DNA of 37,052 nucleotides, taken from the NCBI GenBank assembly GCA_963840855.1, contig CAWJBB010000090.1, positions 1-37,052 of the forward strand, written 5' to 3'. The notes under the pieces were generated by a model. It saw nothing but the letters and a program-made list of their open reading frames with translations. It was not told where the DNA came from and did no database searches. This document shows positions 19,487 to 26,431 of the stretch, piece by piece (position 1 is the stretch's first letter; every line of letters begins with the position of its first letter). The translations under genes were made by a program, and so were the position numbers. Source of the stretch: an uncultured delta proteobacterium. GTDB lineage: Bacteria; Desulfobacterota; Binatia; UBA9968.

Positions 19487-19569
19487 GTTCAACCTTCAAG
19501 GTTCAAAGTTAGTGATTGTGCTTGTTCGATTCATAAACGATCCGAATACGTTGAACATTGAACTTGAAC
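19487..19569. repeat. GTTCAA/TTGAAC heptamer inverted repeat
   Basis: GTTCAAC-CTTCAAG-GTTCAAA ... GTTGAAC-ATTGAAC-TTGAAC. Confidence 0.65.
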
Positions 19570-19579
19570 GGGTATGGGG

Positions 19580-20815
19580 CTAATTTTTGAGATCAAATTG
19601 TTTCGCGGCCATCGCGGTGATGCTTTGGCCGATGGCTAGCGAGGCCGTGGCCCCGGGCGAAGGGGCATTGAGAACGTGAATCGCACTGCGGCTTTGTTTG
19701 ATGACAAAGTCGTCTACTAGCGCGCCGCTCGCCGACACCGCCTGGGCGCGGACGCCTGAGCCGCCGGGCACCAGATCGCTCTCGGTGATTTCCGGCAAGA
19801 GCTTTTGCAGCGCTCTGACAAAAGCCGCTTTGCTGAGTGAGCGGTACAGCTCGCCAAAGCCGGTGCGCCAATATTTCCCGGTCATCGCCCAGAAGCCCTT
19901 GAAGGTAACCGTATTCCATAGATCGCCGGCGTTGATGATGCTATGGCGGTAGCCTTCGCGCGCATAGGCGAGCACGGCGTTGGGGCCAGCCTCGATCCCG
20001 CCGCTACCCTTGATCATACGCGTAAAGTGAACGCCCAAGAAGGGAAATGTCGGGTCCGGCACGGGGTAGATAAGATTGCGCACGAGATAGTGTTTCGCCG
20101 GCGCGAGCTTGTAGTACTCACCGCGGAAGGGGACGATCCGGTGCTCTTCGGGGTTCGCGCCGCCGGTGGTGGCCACCATTTTGGCGACCATGTCGGATTG
20201 AAGACCGCAGCAATTGATCAGATGGCGCGCCCGATCTTCACCGAAAGTCGTTTGCAGCGCGATCTCGCCGCCGCGCTCGGCGATTCCCGTGACTTTACGC
20301 GAAGTGCGGATCTCGCCCCCGCCGGACCTAATTTTGACCGCGTAGGCGGCGGCGACTTTGGTGTAATCGATGATCCCGGTTTCAGGAACATAAAGCGCCT
20401 TGATCCCGGTGGTGTGGGGCTCAATTTCTTTGAGCCGCTCCGGCCCGATAATCTCGACGCCTCGAAGTCCGTTGGCAACGCCACGGCGGTAGAGTTCGTC
20501 AAGCCGCGGCAACTCTTCCTCGGCGGTGGCGACGACCACTTTACCGCAGATCTCATAGGGTACGGAATTCTGCTCGCAAAAGGCGATCAACGCCTTGCGC
20601 CCCGCGACGCAGCCCTGCGCTTTGAGGGAGCCGGGCTTGTAGTAGAGCCCTGAATGGATCACGCCGCTATTGTGGCCAGTCTGGTGCCGGGCGATTTCCG
20701 GCTCTTTTTCGAGGATGAGCAACCGCGTGGCGGGATGCGCTTCGAGAATTTTGAGCCCGGTAGCGAGGCCTAGAATGCCGCCGCCGATGATCGCCAAATC
20801 GTACGGTGGTGCCAT
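19580..20815 (-). CDS. lhgO: L-2-hydroxyglutarate oxidase
   Basis: IIGGGILG, HQTGHNSGVIHSGLYYKPGSLKA, PFRGEYY, IYPVPDP.FPFLGVHFT, GVRAQA, NAPSPGATASL. Confidence 0.9.
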   Translation of the reverse strand: MAPPYDLAIIGGGILGLATGLKILEAHPATRLLILEKEPEIARHQTGHNSGVIHSGLYYKPGSLKAQGCVAGRKALIAFCEQNSVPYEICGKVVVATAEEELPRLDELYRRGVANGLRGVEIIGPERLKEIEPHTTGIKALYVPETGIIDYTKVAAAYAVKIRSGGGEIRTSRKVTGIAERGGEIALQTTFGEDRARHLINCCGLQSDMVAKMVATTGGANPEEHRIVPFRGEYYKLAPAKHYLVRNLIYPVPDPTFPFLGVHFTRMIKGSGGIEAGPNAVLAYAREGYRHSIINAGDLWNTVTFKGFWAMTGKYWRTGFGELYRSLSKAAFVRALQKLLPEITESDLVPGGSGVRAQAVSASGALVDDFVIKQSRSAIHVLNAPSPGATASLAIGQSITAMAAKQFDLKN

Positions 20816-20826
20816 GGGTGAACCGA

Positions 20827-21762
20827 CTACAGGCGCAGTAGCTGGCGAGAATTCTTCTCGGTGAATGCTTTAACGCGGCCTGGATCGGGCTGAGCCTCAA
20901 CGGCGGTGAGCGCTTTGCTCAGCGGTCCAAGCCCGCCGCAGTAATCGGAACCGAACACGATATTGTTGTCGCCCAGCTTGTCGATGAGAAACGCCAGGGT
21001 GCGCGCATCCGAGCTCGCGCAATCGATGAAAAAGTGTTCGAGAAAAATTTCCGAGTAGCGTTTTTCGCCTTGCGGTCCTTTGTGCTTCCAAAAGAAGCGG
21101 TGCAGCAATAACGGAATACCGCCGCCGGAGCTGCGAATAACGATGCGCAAATTGGGGTGGCGGTCGAATAAACCGCTGGCGATCATGCGCAGGCAACACT
21201 CGGCGACTTCGCCGTCGGAAAGCACGGCATAGGCAACTCCGGCACCGCCGTCTTCGAGCCGCGCCAGTGTCGGGTCCTGCGCCGTGCCCGCGCCGTGGAG
21301 AAAGATCGGTAAGTCCAACTCGGAAATCTTGGCAAAGATCGGTTCCATCGCCGGGGTGTCTACCAGCATCTCGCCGTCGACATGAGGATAGAGCAGGACG
21401 GCGCGAAAGCCCTGGGCGGCGGTGCGCTCGACTTCCTGCACCGATGCCTCGATGTTCTTAAGCGATAACGCGGTGATGCCCATCAATCGGTCTTTGTGCG
21501 GCGCGACGCGCTCCGCTAATACGTCGTTCGATTGCCGGACGATTTCCAGCGCTTGAGTCGCGGGCAGCTGATCGGCGTACACCCCGGCACCCTGGCAGAC
21601 GAGTTGCAAGTCCAACCCCGCTTCATCCATTTCCCGCACGCGCTTGCCCAGGTCCGGGGAGTCGTAGGCGTCGATATGCGGTCGTTTTCCCGTCAGTTCT
21701 TTAATGCGGTCGGCAATTTCAGGGGCTGTATGGTGCGCGTGCCAATCAATGATGGTCGCCAT
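20827..21762 (-). CDS. Amidohydrolase_2 family (ACMSD/decarboxylase-like)
   Basis: IDWHAH, MDEAGLD.Q, NDVLAE, PIFLH, GLFDRHPNL, FGSDY. Confidence 0.8.
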   Translation of the reverse strand: MATIIDWHAHHTAPEIADRIKELTGKRPHIDAYDSPDLGKRVREMDEAGLDLQLVCQGAGVYADQLPATQALEIVRQSNDVLAERVAPHKDRLMGITALSLKNIEASVQEVERTAAQGFRAVLLYPHVDGEMLVDTPAMEPIFAKISELDLPIFLHGAGTAQDPTLARLEDGGAGVAYAVLSDGEVAECCLRMIASGLFDRHPNLRIVIRSSGGGIPLLLHRFFWKHKGPQGEKRYSEIFLEHFFIDCASSDARTLAFLIDKLGDNNIVFGSDYCGGLGPLSKALTAVEAQPDPGRVKAFTEKNSRQLLRL

Positions 21763-21958
21763 AGTCTTGCTCCTTTCGGAATAGTCGCCCTACGTCTCCC
21801 ATACGTCGCCGAGTGCGAGTGAGTCAAGGGTGAATGCAAAATAGAGAATGGAGAGTCGGACAGCGAACCTCTATCGGCCACCGTCATGCCGAGAGTCTTT
21901 GTGCTTTGTTTCAGATTGGCGATCCCGCCGGTTGAAATGGGCGCGCGCGGTAGAGCAG

Positions 21959-22582
21959 TTATCTTTTCGGAGAACCGAAATCGGCTTTTTCCTTTAGTCG
22001 GCGCACCAGCTCTTCATATGAGGACTTAGCAATGACACGGTTGAATTGTGAGCGGAAGTTATTGACCACGCTTATGTTCTCGGCGATCACGTCGTAGACG
22101 CGCCACTCGCTATTCACAAGATGAGCTTTGTAGTTGAGCGAATACTCAGCGCCATTGCTGGCCAACACTTTGCTCGCGACGTCGGCGTAGTTGCCGTCCA
22201 GTTTTTCGCCGACATAAATGATTTTGTCTTCGGTGTAGGATTCGATAATATCGGCGTATGCGTGCTCCAGGAGTTCGGTGAAAAGCTGCACGAACTCCTC
22301 CTGCTCCTTGGGGGTGCGACGGCGCCAGTCGGCGCCCAGAGCGCGCTTCGCCATTTCGGTGAAATCGAAACGGGTGAAGAGGATTTGTTTTAGCTGGTCT
22401 CGGCGCTCTTTGGTCTTTGCCGCCGGTTTCAGCCGGGGATCTTTGAGCACCAAAATGGCCCGATCAACGGTGGAGCGAATCTGCTCCGTAGGGACGCCCG
22501 CGGATACGCTCGCCGCCGCCGTCCACGTGGCGAGCACCACGGCAGCGATGGTGAACCAGAAACGCTTATCGCCAGGGATCAT
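21959..22582 (-). CDS. mlaC: Phospholipid-binding protein MlaC/Ttg2D
   Basis: FDFTEMAKRALG..W, WRVYDVIAENISVVNNFRSQF. Located in the mla operon. Confidence 0.88.
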   Translation of the reverse strand: MIPGDKRFWFTIAAVVLATWTAAASVSAGVPTEQIRSTVDRAILVLKDPRLKPAAKTKERRDQLKQILFTRFDFTEMAKRALGADWRRRTPKEQEEFVQLFTELLEHAYADIIESYTEDKIIYVGEKLDGNYADVASKVLASNGAEYSLNYKAHLVNSEWRVYDVIAENISVVNNFRSQFNRVIAKSSYEELVRRLKEKADFGSPKR

Positions 22583-23046
22583 GGGGTCTGCTTTTCGCCT
22601 TTAGAAGTCAAGTCTCCGCCCACCAGCTTGCCGATCAGGTCCGGAATATCCGGGGGCGACTCCGTTTCTCGAATCCTGCCGCCCGGAGGAATGATCTTGT
22701 CCGAGGCGCCGGGAGAGACTAACACAAACTTATCGCCAATCAAGCCGCGCGCCCGCACCGACGCGATCACGTCCTCTTGAAGCTTGATGCCGTCATCGAC
22801 CCGGAGCACTAGCCGCGCCCGGTCATCGGCAAGACCCATGGATTCCACCCGCCCTACTTTGACGCCGGCGATCTCCACGGGGTCACCGCGCTTGAGCCCG
22901 GCTACGGTGGGAAAATCCGCATACACTGTATATCCGCTATCGCCTAAAACTTCGAGCTTGCCAAGCTTGATGGCGAGATAGCCTAAACAGGCGATGCCTA
23001 TGAGAACGAAAAGGCCGACAATAATTTCCGAAGTTTTGTAAACCAT
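22579..23046 (-). CDS. mlaD: MCE-domain protein MlaD
   Basis: EIIVGLFV TM segment, GLKRGDPVEIAGVKVGRV, GLIGDKFV..SPG. Confidence 0.92.
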   Translation of the reverse strand: MVYKTSEIIVGLFVLIGIACLGYLAIKLGKLEVLGDSGYTVYADFPTVAGLKRGDPVEIAGVKVGRVESMGLADDRARLVLRVDDGIKLQEDVIASVRARGLIGDKFVLVSPGASDKIIPPGGRIRETESPPDIPDLIGKLVGGDLTSKGEKQTP

Positions 23047-23059
23047 GCTTTTGCGTCTC

Positions 23060-23806
23060 CTATAACACCGCTAGGGGGCCTTCGGCGTCGCCCTGTAAGA
23101 ACTGACGCACCATCGGATTGGCCGACGCGACGAATTGCTCAGTGGGCCCGACTTCGGCAATCACCCCGTTGGCGAGCATCGCCACCCGGTCCGAAATGCG
23201 AAACACCGCGGGAATGTCATGGCTGACGACGACGCCGGTAAAACCAAAGGTAGCATGCATTTTGCGAATCAAATCGTGAATGCTCTTCCCCAAGAGCGGG
23301 TCAAGGCCCGTGGTGGGCTCGTCGAAAAGAATGATCTGCGGCTCGATCACCAGAGCCCGGGCCAGCCCGGCGCGTTTTTTCATACCGCCGCTGACCTCTG
23401 CCGGATATTTGTAACCCATGCCGCTGAGTCCCACCTGGCCGAGCCGCTCCTCGACTCTTTGCCTGATCTCGCCCTCGCTGAGTGCGGTTTTTTCCCGCAG
23501 TGGAAATGCGACGTTGTCGAAGATTGTCATGGAGTCGAGCAGCGCCGCGCCTTGAAACAACACACCGAACTTTTGCCGCATGTCATTAAGGGCGCTCGCA
23601 CCGAGCTTGGTGATGTCCGTGCCATCCACCAAGACGCTGCCACGGTCCGGTAGCAGGAGCGCATTGAGATGCTTAAGCAGCACGGTCTTGCCGGAGCCGC
23701 TGCCGCCGATGATCGTGGTGATCGCGCTGGTCTCGAGTTCCAAATTGATGCCTTTTAGCACCGGATGGCCGGCGAAGCTTTTGTGTAAATCAACGACTCG
23801 AATCAT
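23060..23806 (-). CDS. mlaF: ABC ATPase MlaF
   Basis: GGSGSGKT Walker A, LFQGAALLDS, SGGMKKRAGLAR, DEPTTGLDP, SHD. Confidence 0.92.
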   Translation of the reverse strand: MIRVVDLHKSFAGHPVLKGINLELETSAITTIIGGSGSGKTVLLKHLNALLLPDRGSVLVDGTDITKLGASALNDMRQKFGVLFQGAALLDSMTIFDNVAFPLREKTALSEGEIRQRVEERLGQVGLSGMGYKYPAEVSGGMKKRAGLARALVIEPQIILFDEPTTGLDPLLGKSIHDLIRKMHATFGFTGVVVSHDIPAVFRISDRVAMLANGVIAEVGPTEQFVASANPMVRQFLQGDAEGPLAVL

Positions 23807-23811
23807 CGAAC

Positions 23812-24031
23812 TAACCGGTTGTCAAAAACCGCCGCGCGCAGGCTGCGCAAAAAATCTCAGCGGCGCGGCGCGCAGTTCTCATTTTTTGTGTTCGTCGTTC
23901 GACAAGGTCACGACCCTGAGCAACGTCGAAGGGTGGCTCGTGTTTGTCCGAGCACGAGCACGAGAAACAAGCACGATTTCCGCGAGGCGATTGAGCGCAA
24001 CGAAACATATGAGATCTTTGGTAACCTGCTA
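23812..24031. mobile_element. Composite MITE/REP-like element between mlaE and mlaF
   Basis: Imperfect terminal IRs TAACCGGTTGTCAAAAA / CAGGCTGCGCAAAAA versus TTTGGTAACCTGCTA. The interior holds the CACGA repeat interrupted by a TTCGAC..GTCGAA hairpin. Confidence 0.55.
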
Positions 24032-24799
24032 GAGCATGATCGCCGTCATGAAATAGTCCCAGACCAGAATGAGAACGAAACAAAGCACCACGGATTCGGT
24101 CGTCGCTTGGCCCACGCCGGTGGCGCTTTGAGGCGCGTTAAATCCCTTGTAGCAGCACACCCAGGTAACGATCAGGCCGAAACTAATGGATTTGAGTAAA
24201 CCGCTCCAAACGTCCTCGAAGACCACGCTGCTTTCCATGCCGGAAAAGTAACTCCCGGAGCTGACGCCCAACAGCCCGACCCCGATGACGTAGGCGCCGT
24301 AGATACCGACGACATCAAAAATCGCCGTTAAGAGAGGCATCGAGATAAGCCCGGCGATGATGCGCGGCGTGGCCAGATATTGAACCGGATTGACGGCCAT
24401 GGAATAAAGCGCGTCGATTTGTTCGGTTACTTTCATGCTGCCGATTTCCGCGGCCATGGCGGAGCCGGTTCTACCGGTGACCATGAACGCGGACAACACC
24501 GGTCCGAGCTCCCGCAGTAAGCTCAACGCCACCGCCGAACCGAGAAAGCTTTCCGCGTTAAATTTTCTGAGGCTATAGTAGAATTGGAGCCCCATGACCA
24601 TGCCGGTAAAAGCGCTGGACAACAGGATCACGGAAAGCGAATCGACGCCTATGGTCCGAATATGATGAACAATCAGGCGGAGGCGCATAGGCCGCCGAAA
24701 CGCCCAGGCGAAGGCCGACAGCAGAAACAAAAACATTTCACCGATGCCGGCGACTCGCTGGATGGTAGACCGGCCGATATGAGCGATGATAGAAAGCAT
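24029..24799 (-). CDS. mlaE: ABC permease MlaE
   Basis: FTGMVMGLQ, RELGPVL..GRTGSAMAAEIGSMKVTEQIDAL, GVGQATT. Confidence 0.93.
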   Translation of the reverse strand: MLSIIAHIGRSTIQRVAGIGEMFLFLLSAFAWAFRRPMRLRLIVHHIRTIGVDSLSVILLSSAFTGMVMGLQFYYSLRKFNAESFLGSAVALSLLRELGPVLSAFMVTGRTGSAMAAEIGSMKVTEQIDALYSMAVNPVQYLATPRIIAGLISMPLLTAIFDVVGIYGAYVIGVGLLGVSSGSYFSGMESSVVFEDVWSGLLKSISFGLIVTWVCCYKGFNAPQSATGVGQATTESVVLCFVLILVWDYFMTAIML

Positions 24800-24877
24800 T
24801 TCGGGTGAATGAGAAAACGCGGCACCAGACTCACGCTATAAAGAAAACTTTACTGGTTTTCAAGCAACTAGAGAAAA

Positions 24878-25723
24878 ATGGACAATCAAAGACCCAGGCC
24901 CAACGGATCGGCCCGCGCGCAAAGGCGGGTGGCTGTGACTAACGAATCCGAATTTGCCCGTTTTCGCACCAGCGTTCCGCCGCTCGCTGACGATGAGACG
25001 GTTGATGCATTGCTCGACGGCCGGATCAAGCTTTACCAAAGCCGCGGCGGCTACCGCGTTTCTCTCGACGCGGCGCTGCTCGCGCATTTCGTCCGAATCA
25101 AACCCGACGCGAAGATCATCGAATTGGGCGCCGGAAACGGCGCGATCATACTGATGCTCGCTTACCGGCATCCTTCGGTGCGGCTGACCGGCGTAGAGAT
25201 CCAAGCGGCGATGCTCGCGCGCGCGCGCCGCAACGTTGTCCTGAACGGTTTGCAAGAACGGGTAAAAATGCTCGGTGGAGATGTGCGTGCCGTCGCCGCG
25301 TTGGCGCCAGCGGGAAGCTATGATCTGGCGATCTGCAACCCGCCCTACCGCTCGGCGCTAAGCGGTCGCGTCAGTCCCAATCCGGAAAAGCGTATCGCGC
25401 GCCATGAGTCCGAAGGTGCCCTGGCACATTTTCTTCGAGCCGGGAGCTATCTCCTGGCCAAGCGGGGACGGATGACGCTAGTCTATCCGGCGTTTCGCTG
25501 TGTCGACTTGCTTACTGCCATGCGCGCCGCGGGAATCGAGCCCAAGCGTCTCAGAATGGTGCACTCGTTTTGTGGCTCCGTAGCGTCGCTGGTGCTGGTT
25601 GACGGCGTCAAAGGAGGCAAAAGCCAGATTGTCGTGGAAGCGCCGCTGATCGTCTATGACGATCAGCGACGGTACACGGCCGAGATAACCGCGATGCTTA
25701 GTGGCACAGCCGGTAAGATGTAA
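24878..25723 (+). CDS. tRNA1(Val) A37 N6-methyltransferase-like (YfiC/TrmN6)
   Basis: Q..GGYRVSLDA.LLA, ELGAGNG, GVEIQ, NPPY, IARHE. Alternative GTG start at 24934. Confidence 0.8.
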   Translation: MDNQRPRPNGSARAQRRVAVTNESEFARFRTSVPPLADDETVDALLDGRIKLYQSRGGYRVSLDAALLAHFVRIKPDAKIIELGAGNGAIILMLAYRHPSVRLTGVEIQAAMLARARRNVVLNGLQERVKMLGGDVRAVAALAPAGSYDLAICNPPYRSALSGRVSPNPEKRIARHESEGALAHFLRAGSYLLAKRGRMTLVYPAFRCVDLLTAMRAAGIEPKRLRMVHSFCGSVASLVLVDGVKGGKSQIVVEAPLIVYDDQRRYTAEITAMLSGTAGKM

Positions 25724-25732
25724 CCATCAAGG

Positions 25733-26200
25733 TTATTTCTTGCGGCGCGCGTAGCCGCGCAGGAGTTTTTTAAACGCCTGGCGGACCTCGGGATCCTGAA
25801 TCGACTCAAGGAACGGTTCATCGATTTTCCCGTCGTTGTCAGCCGGTGTTTTTGCGCTCGCCGGTTCTTCCTCCGGTTCGGCATCGGTTTTGGCCAGTGT
25901 TCCCACGACAAAAAAAATGCTCTTGACGACGTCAGCGCGCAACCGCTCATTGATTTTTTCCGCTAACAGATCCTTCATGAACTGCAGTTGCTGCATCCAC
26001 ACGGGGCTCGATACTTTGACGAACAAAGTTCCGTTGCGGATTTTTTCCGGCTGGGCGTTAAGTGCGACGGGCTTACCCACGACGTCGTGCCAAATGTTCC
26101 AGATGCCATAGGCCTCCAATTGGGGCGCCAAATCGAGCCTTTTTAACGACTGATCGAGAACCTCGCCGAGCCGCGCAATTGGATAATCGTTCTTAGCCAT
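25733..26200 (-). CDS. DciA/DUF721 family protein
   Basis: W..VVG..VA.NAQP..IRNGTL.V.VSSPVWMQQL...K..L..KIN pattern. Confidence 0.82.
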   Translation of the reverse strand: MAKNDYPIARLGEVLDQSLKRLDLAPQLEAYGIWNIWHDVVGKPVALNAQPEKIRNGTLFVKVSSPVWMQQLQFMKDLLAEKINERLRADVVKSIFFVVGTLAKTDAEPEEEPASAKTPADNDGKIDEPFLESIQDPEVRQAFKKLLRGYARRKK

Positions 26201-26327
26201 TTTGCTCCTTTATTGGCAAATTAACAGAACTTAACACCGGACTCCATCAGAAATGTTTTAACCGCACTTTTGGTGTTGCCAGAAGTATTTGAAATATAAA
26301 AAGAAAATAACGGAAAAAAAATTTTCA

Positions 26328-26357
26328 TTGACAAAAATGACAATTGCTCTTACAAAT
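26328..26357 (+). promoter_or_regulatory. Candidate sigma70 promoter of nrdJ
   Basis: Perfect TTGACA (26328) with TACAAAT 17 nt downstream and an A-rich UP element. Confidence 0.55.
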
Positions 26358-26402
26358 ACAAAATCTAGTAGCTTTCGAATCGTTGCACACCATATATTGA
26401 TA
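26356..26402 (+). promoter_or_regulatory. Tandem NrdR boxes
   Basis: ATACAAAATCTAGTAG (26356-26371) and ACACCATATATTGATA (26387-26402) match acaCwAtATaTwGtgt, start 31 bp apart, and lie directly upstream of an RNR gene. Confidence 0.85.
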
Positions 26403-26431
26403 TTCCGTAAACGCAGTCAGAGGAGGAGGCC

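Noticed and set aside
21815-21860. Purine-rich GAGAAT-like short repeats upstream of the amidohydrolase
   Set aside because: Too short and degenerate to define an element from one copy.
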